Source: an uncultured virus (IMG/VR IMGVR_UViG_3300017528_000566) (taxonomy: Duplodnaviria > Heunggongvirae > Uroviricota > Caudoviricetes). Taken from it: 64,000 bases of DNA. Below are positions 39,590 to 50,177 of the stretch, piece by piece. The notes below the pieces were generated by a model. It had not been told where the DNA came from, did no database searches, and saw nothing but the letters and a program-made list of their open reading frames with translations. The position numbers and the translations under genes are program-made. The DNA lies in the IMG/VR virus record IMGVR_UViG_3300017528_000566. One strand, given 5' to 3'. Every line of letters starts with the position of its first letter. The stretch's first letter is position 1.

Positions 39590-40522
39590 CCCGCCACTTG
39601 CAGCCGCTGGTGCCGGTGCCAAGCGATCAAGGGCGCCGCGAACCACGATGGCATCCTTACCGCCGCCAAGGTCTGTCACGACCTTATCTAGAGAGATTGC
39701 GTTTTCGATCATGCCGACCGTGGCCCCGATGGTCTCGCAAACGAGGTTGGGGTCATCGAGCATGATGATGTTTTCCCCGCCGATCAGGCCCGCCCAAGCT
39801 TCTAGGATCTCTGGGTCCTTAAAATGGTTGGTGCCCTTCGGCATGAGGTAGAATACGTGCCAGCGCTCCTTTGCCTCACGGGCCAAATCGCGAGTCAAGA
39901 TGGTCTCTGGAACTTTGTGTCCAAAGATCTTCTCAATTTCATGTGGGTTGGACCCGCCGTAAGGCTTCTCATCTCCGATGATGAAGAGAAATCCTTTTTT
40001 GCCTCGCTTCTCCCAAGCATCGGCTGCCGTGTAGCGGGCTGCTAAATAGAGGGTGAGCTGGTAGCTCTCCTGTGGCTCTCCGCCGCCTCCATTCCCTTCT
40101 AGATAGAGGTGCCCGATCTGTTCATCGATCTCGATTCCGGACTCGAATTGCCCCGCCTGCAGTGGGACCTTGTCTGAGTTTGCGTCGCCGACTGCCCCCA
40201 CCAAGATCTGCGGGTCCTTGCAGTACCCCTTATCTAGAAGGATCTCCATCAGCTTGGGCAACTTGCCCTGGACGATGACGGGGACCCTGGCCATCGAACC
40301 CGTCACGTCCAGCATGACCATGATGGGCAACGACTCCGGGTGATTTGCCGAATCGCGGGCCTCACGCACCGTGAGGTTGTAGACGTCCAGCATCGCGTGG
40401 GCTTTCGCGGCTACCCGGCCTGCATTGACATCCACGTGGTGGGCGAAAGTCGGTGCCCCGGTCTTTGCTCGTGTCGTCGCACGATGTTCGTATAGGTCGT
40501 CGCTCCAGTTCGTGCCGCCCAT
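39539..40522 (-). CDS. vWA domain protein
   Basis: MIDAS DVTGSM, AVGDA, QFES, EGNGGG..ESY, FIIGDE. Confidence 0.88.
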   Translation of the reverse strand: MGGTNWSDDLYEHRATTRAKTGAPTFAHHVDVNAGRVAAKAHAMLDVYNLTVREARDSANHPESLPIMVMLDVTGSMARVPVIVQGKLPKLMEILLDKGYCKDPQILVGAVGDANSDKVPLQAGQFESGIEIDEQIGHLYLEGNGGGGEPQESYQLTLYLAARYTAADAWEKRGKKGFLFIIGDEKPYGGSNPHEIEKIFGHKVPETILTRDLAREAKERWHVFYLMPKGTNHFKDPEILEAWAGLIGGENIIMLDDPNLVCETIGATVGMIENAISLDKVVTDLGGGKDAIVVRGALDRLAPAPAAASGGLPVTGVMSKINTTTRL

Positions 40523-40661
40523 CGGGGCCTCCAGTTCTTAGGTTGTTTGGCCGGCCCGGTGGCTCGGCCTTCTTTGTTACACCGACTGGCAGGGCGCCGC
40601 GCCAAAAGAAAACCCGCCCTGGCATGGCCAAGGCGGGTCACCACGTCTGCTACGGACTAGA

Positions 40662-40847
40662 TCAGACCGGGTCAGTACGGTGCCGCAAACTCTCTACCCA
40701 CAGCTTCTGATGTTCGGAGAGGTCTTTGCCGGAGTTGAGATCCTGGTGCATCTCTTCGAACGCGGCTTGCTCGCTCGGCGTTAACTTCTTACTCAAAATC
40801 AATCTAGTGACGAGGGTCTTATGGGAAAGCTGTTTGCGTCGCGGCAT
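40662..40847 (-). CDS. small hypothetical protein
   Basis: ATG 40847 with GGTGTA 9 nt upstream. Confidence 0.5.
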   Translation of the reverse strand: MPRRKQLSHKTLVTRLILSKKLTPSEQAAFEEMHQDLNSGKDLSEHQKLWVESLRHRTDPV

Positions 40848-41586
40848 TCCCCCATCTACACCAGCGAAATTGCAGATCTTTACCGGTGTAACAGTAAACG
40901 ATAGGCCGGCCAAGCGCGTCGGCAGCGCTGTCAATTCTGCCCTTTGACTCTCTCCTCAGCCCCGCAGAGCAAGGTCGTACCATTGCATCGGGAGATAACA
41001 CTTTTGTGCTGCGCCTGGCGAAGGGAAGCGCGAGGCAGCGGTGTAAGAGAGGGCTTTGAACGGTGGGCCTCACGCCCAGGAGATTCGCTCAATGATCGTC
41101 CAGCATCCGACTCTCACGTTTAATGGTTTCCAAGGCCCGGAGCCCTATTACTGCGTCAAGTGCGCCTTTTGCCCGCGCCTGGCTCCCGGGGGTCGGGACA
41201 TGCACCAAGCAGTAGAGAAGGCATACACGGCCGCGTACTCTACGATTCCGGGTGAGACTCGTGTTGACCCCAGGGTATGGAGCTGCCCTAGTTGCACATC
41301 CAAGCGGAGCGCTTGATGCCCTTCGACGAAATAGAACGCCGGTGCTTCGTGATCCTCTCGCGCATGTACTTGGATCGAGAAATCGCCAACGGCTGCTCTG
41401 ATTTCGACGCTCATCAAGAGGTCGGGCTCACCGATGTTGAGTGCAACGAGCTCCACCGCCGTTTGGCTGCTTGGAACGAGCCCGGATCGGTTCCCGAGAC
41501 GGGTCCTCTGTTCCAAGACTGGATCGTTTTCGCGTACTTGCGCAGCAAGTTTCTTACAGCGGGTGAGCGATGAAAGGGCGTCACTG

Positions 41587-42219
41587 ATGGCGCTTGGCGG
41601 CGAACATGGCGGCGATCGATGGTCCTTCATCGTCGACACGGACAGCTATGCGGGCAACTTCGAGCGCGAGCTCTGCGCCTACGTGATCGGCGCCGCGGGC
41701 GAGCACGGAGCCCATGTGGCTGGCCCATATCTCAAGCTCTTCCGCATGTGGTGTCCAGTGGAACTGGGCTCGTTGTCGGATACGCGGATCGCAGATTCAG
41801 GCGATGATGGCACCCGTGAATCACCCTGCGATCTCGCGCCTACCCCGGGCTGGTCCAACAACGGGAACGGCAAATCGTATCGGGTCCGGCCAAACAACAA
41901 GCGGTACCGCTACAAGCACCCTGCCTACAACTCGGTCGCACTGTTTCTGCGGCGCCGCCCTAGCGATGATGAGCTCACGGAGCTAGTCAAGCGCGCACTT
42001 GAGTTCCCCACACTACAGAAGGTCCACCCCTGGGAGGCAAGACCCACGGAGATATTAGGCTGCCGCCTCTTGAAAGAGGCTGTCCAGGTGGACTACATCC
42101 ATGTACCGTTGGAAACCGCAAATAGTGCGGTACGGGTCGACGAACCCAAGGAAGCCGCGCTGGTGCCAGGCCCAGAGCCCGGGGCTGTGCCGAATGCCGT
42201 TTACGCCCGTCTAAGATAG
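41587..42219 (+). CDS. conserved phage hypothetical protein (start uncertain)
   Basis: FIVDTDSYAGNFERELCAY..G, PTPGW.N.G.G, PAY.SVA.F motifs. Confidence 0.55.
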   Translation: MALGGEHGGDRWSFIVDTDSYAGNFERELCAYVIGAAGEHGAHVAGPYLKLFRMWCPVELGSLSDTRIADSGDDGTRESPCDLAPTPGWSNNGNGKSYRVRPNNKRYRYKHPAYNSVALFLRRRPSDDELTELVKRALEFPTLQKVHPWEARPTEILGCRLLKEAVQVDYIHVPLETANSAVRVDEPKEAALVPGPEPGAVPNAVYARLR

Positions 42220-42688
42220 CCGGCGATGTTACCTTGCGGCGCATGAGCCGCCTGGAAATGACTCTTGTCTACTGCGCGATCGTGCCCGCCTTTGTAGGAA
42301 TCGCGTTCTCGCTGGTGGCTTACTTCGCTCTTAGGCACGGCAAACGGGCCGCGAGTGAGAGGGCCATGAACGCTTCTAAGCAGCTGCTCTTATTTGCCAT
42401 GTTGTGCCTGGCTGTCCAGTACGCCTGGCACTGCTGGCGCGTGCAATAGCCCTCGGAGGGTGTGTGGCTCGACCAACCCAAGCTCAACTAGAACAGTGGC
42501 TCGCTACTGCTGCAAAGGGGGAGCAGGCACCCGCAAATGAAATCACCCGCGAAGGCTTCATCGGGCTAGCTGCGGAAGTGATCGCCCTTCGAGCTCGCGA
42601 GCTCTCTCTAGAAAGAAAGTACGTCAAGGCTCTGGCGTATAGCCACGGCCTTGTCGCGGTATTCGGAGACGAGCCACACGAGAAGTCC

Positions 42689-42764
42689 TGGTGTCCCCGG
42701 TAGGAGTCGAACCCACCTTCGCTCAATTTAGAGTTGAGTCGCCTGACCGCTCGGCCACGGGAAC
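42689..42764 (-). tRNA. tRNA with CUA anticodon (amber suppressor type), CCA encoded
   Basis: GTTCCCG/CGGGGAC acceptor, GCC-GAGCGGTCA-GGC D arm, CTCAA-CTCTAAA-TTGAG anticodon arm, GTGGG-TTCGACT-CCTAC T arm, ACCA end; 76 nt. Confidence 0.88.
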
Positions 42765-42825
42765 ATGGCCGAGAATCTATGTAGTCCGGAATCGTCCGTC
42801 AACCCCTAGCTCGATGTGGAGTCGC

Positions 42826-44556
42826 ATGAAGAAGCACAAGGTAGGACATGAGACCGTCTATCAACACCAAGAACGCATGGCCAAAACAGTCATGGCGATT
42901 CTTGAGGCCAACGAGAACAGGTACACGCCCAATCGACGGAGTGCCGTTGTCTTGATGCAGCCGCAGTCCGGGAAGACCGGCGTAATCATCGCAATCATCA
43001 ATGCCTTCATCCTAGACTGCATCCTGTACAAGAAAACGTTCCAGGTCTGCGTCGTGACCGGCCTGTCCCAGTGTGACCTGACGGAGCAGACACGAGGCCG
43101 CCTGCGTTGCAAGGTGACCGGGCGCACGCGCACCGGCGCCGATCTAGACATTCTCGCGCGGCAGTCTGAGCTCTGCATCTACAACTCTGATGAACACAAC
43201 GAGGCTGGCATCCTCTGCCTCAACAACACACAGGTGTTGCGCCGCGTCAATCTCAACAGAACGGACGTGGATGTTCGGCTGTGGATCGGCGACGAGGTCC
43301 ACCTCGGAAACGTCCGCGGAGGCAACATTGATGCGCTCCTTCGGCATCATGGCGTCAAGCTCAATGAGCAAATTCATGGTTGGGACAACCTCACGACCGT
43401 CAACCACTTCGTAGGAGTGTCGGCGACCCCATCCGCACACATGATCAAGTCCGACAACATCATCTCTCTTGAGGGGGATGCCCTATTTCACACCATCTAT
43501 GAACAACCGCCCGCAGACTACAACTCGATGGCCGAGATGCTCGCGAACGGGCGCCTTCGCCAAACCGAAGCCCGTGACGGCGGTGACGCATTCTACGACT
43601 ACGTGTTCCAAGAGTTTCGAACGAGTTGCCGGCGGACTGGGCCTGGCTATCTGGTGTTGCGAGCTCAAGGTGATAACCACACAAAACTGATCAACTACAT
43701 CAACCGAAAAGGTCGCAACGTCGAATGTCGCCAGTTTGATGCACAGGCTGGAAACCTTCCAGAGCTGAACCCCTACCTGGCGGAAAGACCCATGCAGCCC
43801 GAGATCGTGCTGATCCGCGGGTCCATGCGGGCCGGGATCACCCTTCCGGAGGAGCACTTCATCCAGGGCTGGGTCGAGACCGAATCGGTCAACTCTGATG
43901 CGCCCGTGCAGGCAGGGGTTGGGCGTGCGTGTGGCTACGGGCGAAAAAAGGACACCTTCCCCATCTACTGCGACCTGGCCCACGTGAAGTTATGGGTTGC
44001 AGCCTATGCCGCGCTGGCGACTGGGAAGCCCCTTGAAATTCCTTCGGGCAATCATAACAAGCGGACCAAGCCAGGGCGTCAGCAACTCGGGATCAAAGAG
44101 GTGCTGCCGATGCACCGCGAACGCAAGAAGGACCCCGCGTGGCTCAAGTACGTCGCCCCGCATGTCGGCACGGCCTATCGTAAGCAGATCTCCCACACGG
44201 CGGATAACGTATTCAATGACGTGGCCGGCATGCTTCTTGAGGCGCGCCATGACTCGGGATCTTCGGTGGGCGTGTATGTGGACGGACCCACTACTGACAG
44301 GGCCGCAAACAAGTTCATCCACTCGCGGCTGGGCAAGGGAATACACCGGACCAGAACCGAAGAGGACGTCTGGGAATGGGTTGCTAGAAACCGGGCCAGC
44401 TACGATGAGCTAGTGCGGCGGCATCCCGACTGGGCCGGAAAGGCGGTCATATTCGACGCCGCGACCCTCGTTCCCGATGCTGACCAGACGCGGGATAACC
44501 TCCAAAAGGCCAAGTCCGCGCTCAAGAATGAACAACCGCTGCGACCGTTGCACTAG
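42826..44556 (+). CDS. SF2 helicase-like ATPase
   Basis: QPQSGKT (I), IGDEVH (II), VSAT (III), RAGIT (V), QAGVGRACGY (VI). Confidence 0.75.
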   Translation: MKKHKVGHETVYQHQERMAKTVMAILEANENRYTPNRRSAVVLMQPQSGKTGVIIAIINAFILDCILYKKTFQVCVVTGLSQCDLTEQTRGRLRCKVTGRTRTGADLDILARQSELCIYNSDEHNEAGILCLNNTQVLRRVNLNRTDVDVRLWIGDEVHLGNVRGGNIDALLRHHGVKLNEQIHGWDNLTTVNHFVGVSATPSAHMIKSDNIISLEGDALFHTIYEQPPADYNSMAEMLANGRLRQTEARDGGDAFYDYVFQEFRTSCRRTGPGYLVLRAQGDNHTKLINYINRKGRNVECRQFDAQAGNLPELNPYLAERPMQPEIVLIRGSMRAGITLPEEHFIQGWVETESVNSDAPVQAGVGRACGYGRKKDTFPIYCDLAHVKLWVAAYAALATGKPLEIPSGNHNKRTKPGRQQLGIKEVLPMHRERKKDPAWLKYVAPHVGTAYRKQISHTADNVFNDVAGMLLEARHDSGSSVGVYVDGPTTDRAANKFIHSRLGKGIHRTRTEEDVWEWVARNRASYDELVRRHPDWAGKAVIFDAATLVPDADQTRDNLQKAKSALKNEQPLRPLH

Positions 44557-44656
44557 GCGGACCTGTAGCCGACCACCGAGGTTTAGAGAAACCCGTGGTC
44601 GAAAAAGGGCCGTGGTGCATGTGGCAACAGCTCCCAGATGCACCACGGCCCTTGGA

Positions 44657-46117
44657 CTACAGCGCGCTGGGCAATACTGCGACGAATGCTTCAGGCTCGC
44701 CTGCAGGGTTGGTCCCATTGCCCGCGAATGTTAGTCCATCGTCAGACATGGCGCGCACTTCCCGTAAGCTCCAGCCATTTGGCACTGAACCGCCCATGCT
44801 GGTGATGACGTCGGTCAATAGTCGCGCGACGCGATCGACCCATACGATTGCATGTCGGCCGCTCCCATCAGTCCCGAAACCACCGATCACTCGGCCGCTG
44901 GCATCGATCGCGTACGCCCCGCTGTCTTCATCGCCGTCGGCAAGGTCCTGTAGGCGCATCACGCCCTCGCCTTCCGTCACCACGAAGCCGATCGGGATCA
45001 GCAACGTAGAATCCAGCGTCGTGTGTCCGACAGGTGGCACGAGTGCGGTGCCCACGATGGTTACCGGATCCGTTGAAAACGCACGCCCGAACGCAGCGCA
45101 CTCATTTGGGAGGATGCATTCTGCCTTCGACGGGTAGACGAGTGGGAAGCTGAGCAGTCCGCTCTCGTAGCCAATCGGTCCGGCACCGTTCCCGTGGCGC
45201 GGCGGGTATGTGGTGCCCACGAAGTGCCCGGCGGCGTCCCCCGCAAACACGTCGCCGCCGCCATCGGTTTCGAAGTCCCCGTTCGCGTCGGCGCTGCAGA
45301 TAAGCCGCTCGCTGTATGCACCATATTGAATGCAGGCTCCAACGAAGAGGCCCGAGTCTAATGCGACCGTTGCGTCAACCGGGTAGAACAAGGTGGGCTG
45401 ACCTGGCGGTGGGTAGGGAGCGACGACCTCGATCGGCGAGCCTTCGCGCCAAATCGCCGCGGCACGCCCCGAATCATAGCTGGCTTCGTCGACCGAGCCG
45501 ACGATCACATGCCCATTCGGGCTCACATCGTTGGCTCGACTCTGGTTGCCTCCCAAGCCGCTGATTCCCGAGTCTCGAGTCCAGCGAAATGCCTCGTCGC
45601 CCTGTTCCGAGAGGCTCCACCCTACGATGACATTGCCGGCGGCACTCACTGCTGTCGCGTAGCTCGCAGCCGCGCCGCCGGGTAGATCGCCGAGGCCGCT
45701 GAAGCGCGCAACCTCGTTATCTGTGTTCAAGAACGAAAAGACTTTGACGACGACGTGCTGATGCACGCCGAATATACTGGACTCAGCGTCGACGGTGACT
45801 TCGTACGTCCTGTCGCCATCCATCTCGGCATCATCCAATCCGGTGATCACGATATCCTGAGATGTCTGCCAATTGCTGTCATCGAAATGCAGCGGCGCAG
45901 AGACGCTCGCTTCGGAAGCGTCGGATGATGACGCGCTCACGATGAGCGTGCCGGGCGGCGGCTCGAGCAAGGATACCGTTAGCTTGACCGATTTCCCTTC
46001 CTCAGATGTCACAAGCTCGGCGCTCGGGGTGATGTCGATGATCGACTCAGGTTGTGGGCAGGCGCTCAATCCTGCGAGACAAACGACGGTCTGGCAGCAC
46101 CGTTTAAACGTAGACAT
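44657..46117 (-). CDS. lipoprotein with Calx-beta-like domain and HAF-type extracellular repeats
   Basis: lipobox LSAC; F...NW...Q.I.ITG.DD...DGD; LGDLPGG...S.A.AVS..G.VIVG.S; EAFRWT. Confidence 0.75.
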   Translation of the reverse strand: MSTFKRCCQTVVCLAGLSACPQPESIIDITPSAELVTSEEGKSVKLTVSLLEPPPGTLIVSASSSDASEASVSAPLHFDDSNWQTSQDIVITGLDDAEMDGDRTYEVTVDAESSIFGVHQHVVVKVFSFLNTDNEVARFSGLGDLPGGAAASYATAVSAAGNVIVGWSLSEQGDEAFRWTRDSGISGLGGNQSRANDVSPNGHVIVGSVDEASYDSGRAAAIWREGSPIEVVAPYPPPGQPTLFYPVDATVALDSGLFVGACIQYGAYSERLICSADANGDFETDGGGDVFAGDAAGHFVGTTYPPRHGNGAGPIGYESGLLSFPLVYPSKAECILPNECAAFGRAFSTDPVTIVGTALVPPVGHTTLDSTLLIPIGFVVTEGEGVMRLQDLADGDEDSGAYAIDASGRVIGGFGTDGSGRHAIVWVDRVARLLTDVITSMGGSVPNGWSLREVRAMSDDGLTFAGNGTNPAGEPEAFVAVLPSAL

Positions 46118-46372
46118 TAGTTAGCTCCTAGGTTCGAAAGTCAGAGACGCCGGCATCTACACCGTCGTGGTGTGGGCGCTCGAACTTCGGTGGAGCCAAG
46201 ACCCTGTTGATGGCGTTCCCGGCAGGCGTCGGACCCACCTGCACCCTCCAGTTGCCACACCGGGCGCGTGATCCCGGATCCGGATTCGGAGCTTTGCCTT
46301 GAAGTTTTGGGTTCCTGACGTGTCTTGGGGCCAGAACCCCCGGATAACGGGCAACGGAAAGCAGTGAATCAG

Positions 46373-47281
46373 ATGGCAACCAAGAGTCAGGCACCCAAGC
46401 GCAGCAAGCTCGCGATCGATGAGAAGCGCGGTACGCCAACCTTCATGGTCGACCCGCACAAGCTCATCATCGTGGGCTTCGATACGAAGCACAAAAAGGG
46501 TGAACACCCGCTCTGGCAGGAGCGCGCTCTTGAGGAAGTAGACGAAAACCTGGCCCGGAATATCGCCACGGTCGGCTTCCAAAGTGTCATCCAGGTGCGT
46601 GTCGATGGCACCAAGTACGAAGTTGTCGCTGGCCGTCGACGCGTGAAGGCGGCTCGCCTCGCAAACCAGATGCGTGAGAAACTGGCGAAGGATTCCGGTG
46701 ACGCGTTCATCCCGGTCAAGGTGGAATGCAAGATCGTCAGGGGCACTGACCTCCAGCATGTCGGCATGATGATCAGCGAGAACGCGAATCGTAAGGATGT
46801 CGCGCCGCTCCAGATGGCCGAAGATATCCAGGGGTTTCTGAACCTCGGGGCCTCTGAAGAGATGGCAGCTTCAGCGGCGGGTAAGACCGTTCCCCAAATG
46901 AAACTCTTCCTGAAGCTGCTCGACTTGGACTCCAAGGTGCAAGCGGCGGTGCGCAAGGGCGAGATCTCGGTCAAGGCAGCGATTCAACTCGCGGCGCTGG
47001 GTCGGGAAGAACAGGTGGTTGAGCTCGCGAAAATCGAGGCCGGTGAGGCCGGCGCCACGGTCGCCGACGTTGAAGCGGCGGTGAAATCCAAGCGCACGGG
47101 TGAGGAGGTTTCTAAGGCTCCTGGTAAACGCCTGGTCAACAAGCTCTTGGAGAGCGACGACGGCAAGCGCGTACTGAGCGCCGCCGACAGTGTCCATGTG
47201 GTGCGGTGGATGATCGGCGAGCTGCCGGCACGCAACATCAAGGGGCTGGTTGATGCAATCCGGCTCGTCTCGGGTGGGTAA
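46373..47281 (+). CDS. ParB/Srx N-terminal domain protein with HTH
   Basis: LARNI...G..S.I.V......YEVVAGRRRVKAA, ISEN.NRKD. Confidence 0.8.
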   Translation: MATKSQAPKRSKLAIDEKRGTPTFMVDPHKLIIVGFDTKHKKGEHPLWQERALEEVDENLARNIATVGFQSVIQVRVDGTKYEVVAGRRRVKAARLANQMREKLAKDSGDAFIPVKVECKIVRGTDLQHVGMMISENANRKDVAPLQMAEDIQGFLNLGASEEMAASAAGKTVPQMKLFLKLLDLDSKVQAAVRKGEISVKAAIQLAALGREEQVVELAKIEAGEAGATVADVEAAVKSKRTGEEVSKAPGKRLVNKLLESDDGKRVLSAADSVHVVRWMIGELPARNIKGLVDAIRLVSGG

Positions 47282-47580
47282 TAGAGGGACCGATGGTAGA
47301 CAGCGACAGTAGGGAACAGCGAGCGTTTGACGGGGCTCGAGAGCTGCAAGTGGATGCGTGTGAGGCGGCCATGCTGGGACGCATCCACTACCGTCACGGG
47401 GATTTCGCGCTCGCACGGGGCAAGGCTTTCGAGGCGGAGACGCTGTATCGCCGTGCTCGTACGTGGACGGCCCCTACCAGAATCGCCTGACACGGACGGC
47501 TTGAAGGATATCGCCGTCCAGCGGGTGGCCTCCTGGTGCATGTATTTGTAGACGCGGCTCTGTAGGAGAACGCGTAGACA

Positions 47581-48006
47581 ATGAACAAGATTGCTTCAAC
47601 GACTGAGCTTCAGGCGGAGCTTCAGCGGCTACTGGCGTACGCAGCGGGACGGCCATCACGTGCACGGATCGCCCGCGAGCTCGAACAGCTCGGTCGCCGT
47701 CTGACTGCTGGCTTCGGAGATGCGACGGGGGAGCCGGCTGACTCTGCAAAGCGGCCCGGCGAATACAACATATTCATCCGTCACAGTCGGCCGACAAGGT
47801 GGGACCTCTTTGTGGAGAACCCAAAGGGCGGCGGCGGTGGTTCGAGCTCATACCCGAGTGCAAAGCGCGCCCTGGCTGCCGCAGTGACGCGGGATACCGG
47901 GCTGCTGGAGCTGGATAAGGTATGGGTCATCATCGCGGAATGGAGCGCGTCTCAGGAAGATTACGTCGTCAGTAAGGCGTTCTGGCAGAAGCTGCCGATG
48001 GTTTGA
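47581..48006 (+). CDS. hypothetical protein
   Basis: AGGAG upstream; 141 aa. Confidence 0.55.
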   Translation: MNKIASTTELQAELQRLLAYAAGRPSRARIARELEQLGRRLTAGFGDATGEPADSAKRPGEYNIFIRHSRPTRWDLFVENPKGGGGGSSSYPSAKRALAAAVTRDTGLLELDKVWVIIAEWSASQEDYVVSKAFWQKLPMV

Positions 48007-48903
48007 CCCCGCGAAAGCGCCCCGTTTGTGGCGACACGCCCGCGGGTTAAGCGCAAACGGCCCCGCTGGTTGAGCGGAGCCGTTCTCGTATGACGGGCAC
48101 TGGTGTTAGGAGCGACGGCCGCGGTTGTTGAATTCGACCATGAAGGCGTCGGCTTCCTCGCGAGTCTTGGCCGGCACTCGGCAGCAACCGATGGTGCCGT
48201 TGTCGAGCATCCAGGTCCAACCTTCCGTGACCATTTCCCAGTTGGCCTTGTCCGCCTGGCTCGTGTAGGGGCTCGCGCCGTACGGGCTGACCCGGGAACC
48301 CGTGTGCTTGTTGATCCACACTCGCGCCGGAATAACTTCTACGATCCGCATCTTGCTCTCCCTGATTCCCGCTGTCCCTGTCTTGTATACGCACCAGCTC
48401 GGCAAATCTCCACGGCGCCGCGACGATTGGTAGCACCCTCACCCACTGGTGTGCGACGCCCTTCGGCTCGGGTTGTTACGCGCAGATGTCCTCGCCGGTT
48501 AGGCGCGCCCAGAGGACGGCAGCGATCGCGATCGGCAACATCGCAATGAACCACACCATGAACCGCACCTCATCCCAGGTCATGTTTGGGCGGCTCATGA
48601 ATGGTTCATGAATCGATGCCATCTACCCACCAGGTGTTGAGGCAAGTCCCGCACTTGTACTCGTAATCCGTGTAGCCGCCGCAGCTAGAGTCCCAGCAGC
48701 GTACGGTCACAGATGCGCGAGAATGGCACGCCTTGCACGGGGCATGCGCCGGCTCAGCCTCTCCGAATGTGCCGTCATGCTCGGCGACGGGCTTGTCGTG
48801 CATGCGGTACTGTAGTGAATTTGCCCGCTGGATGTGCTCACCGTTTGAAGAATTGGCGACCGTAGTTTGTACCTAGGGCGAAGCACGAAGGGGAAACCGG
48901 ACC

Positions 48904-49233
48904 ATGACGATGCGCGTTCTTGTGTACAAGCCCGAGAGTTACCGCGGCGAACTTCGCCAACTGGACGGTGAGTTGACCGCCAGTCTCGACGCAATGCAGG
49001 AGGTCGTCGGCGGGAATATCCAGATCCTTTACCTGACTAAAGATAGATCAATCGTCGCCGTTATGAACCAGGACGGCCTCCTTGAGGGGTTGCCTCTGAA
49101 CCGTTGCTCCGGGCGACTTGGCTTGGTCGGCACATTTTTCGTGGCTCGAGTGGGCGGTGAAGACTTCGTTTCGCTCACCGATGTCGACGTGATGAAGGCC
49201 CGCGATATGTTCGACATGCCCTTGCACTCGTAG
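48904..49233 (+). CDS. DUF3846-like protein
   Basis: SL.AMQ..VGG.I......N.DG...GLP.NR......LVG.FFV......F.SLTD. Confidence 0.7.
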   Translation: MTMRVLVYKPESYRGELRQLDGELTASLDAMQEVVGGNIQILYLTKDRSIVAVMNQDGLLEGLPLNRCSGRLGLVGTFFVARVGGEDFVSLTDVDVMKARDMFDMPLHS

Positions 49234-49286
49234 CCTTGTGGGGCAAGACCGCTGGGCCTCTTGTCACATGGGCTCAACGGCGAGGG

Positions 49287-49988
49287 TCAAGGACCAACGC
49301 CCCCACCCCTCAAACTCGATGCCAACGCTCCAAAGAATACCACCACAAGGACGACTGTGATCACAACGAAGCGCACCATGGCACGCACAAACTCGCCGAC
49401 CGCATCAACCCATGAATACGACCGAGCAGGTGTCAAATGGCACGATTGTCGGCCGGCAGCATGAAGCAACTTGGCAAGCTGGAACCGTGCAATTTCTGCG
49501 GCAACGTCGGTAGCGTACCTGACGTTGAGTCCTTGTTCGGATTCATCGACGAGCCTTACGTGTATCCAGCACGGAATCGGGCCAGACCTAGTCCCCCTAT
49601 CGTAAGGGTCATTGGGGTCGCGGGGCGCGTAGAGCCATGAAGTGTCTATGTTCAGGATCACGTCTTTGATCCGCTCGATTGGTACCCGCGCCGTCTCGAA
49701 GACCCACCCCAATCGATGCGCTCTGATGACCAGCTCGTGTTCCTCGATGGTCGCTGTCGAGTAGTCACAGACTACGCCAAGCACCACGTAGAAGAGTGCG
49801 AGGAGCCCCAAACAGCCGATGGCCTTGAACACGGCCGAAATCGTCGGGGGCAGGTGGAGTAGCGCTTCGCGAGCAGGGGCTAGTTGAAAAACCGCCCACA
49901 AGAGGAACATGGCAAACCAAGCCCATTTGTTCTTGCCGTCGAAATCAAACTTCAACCGCTGTCTTCTGGGCCTGGGAGACGTGGGCAT
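49287..49988 (-). CDS. membrane protein (start uncertain)
   Basis: three hydrophobic segments. Confidence 0.5.
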   Translation of the reverse strand: MPTSPRPRRQRLKFDFDGKNKWAWFAMFLLWAVFQLAPAREALLHLPPTISAVFKAIGCLGLLALFYVVLGVVCDYSTATIEEHELVIRAHRLGWVFETARVPIERIKDVILNIDTSWLYAPRDPNDPYDRGTRSGPIPCWIHVRLVDESEQGLNVRYATDVAAEIARFQLAKLLHAAGRQSCHLTPARSYSWVDAVGEFVRAMVRFVVITVVLVVVFFGALASSLRGGGVGP

Positions 49989-50177
49989 TCCCCAAAATCG
50001 ATCACCATCTCTCCGGTGTCCAGCGCGAATTTGACGGGCAGAAGGAACGCCTCGAATCGGCCACACGAGGCCCGCATTGAATCATCCGGATACGAAACGC
50101 CTGCCTTGCCTTGTGCGGGGAGGCGTTTTGATTGGGGTGCGGATCTTTCGTTACCACGGGCTAGTGGAGAGGTTTTG

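Noticed and set aside
42689..42764. Pyrrolysine tRNA/system
   Set aside because: It has a canonical D-loop GG and TTC T-loop, and there are no pylS/B/C/D genes in the window.
42691..42825. N-terminal extension of the helicase ORF in the ORF track
   Set aside because: It overlaps the tRNA on the opposite strand; ATG 42826 with GGAG upstream is the better start.
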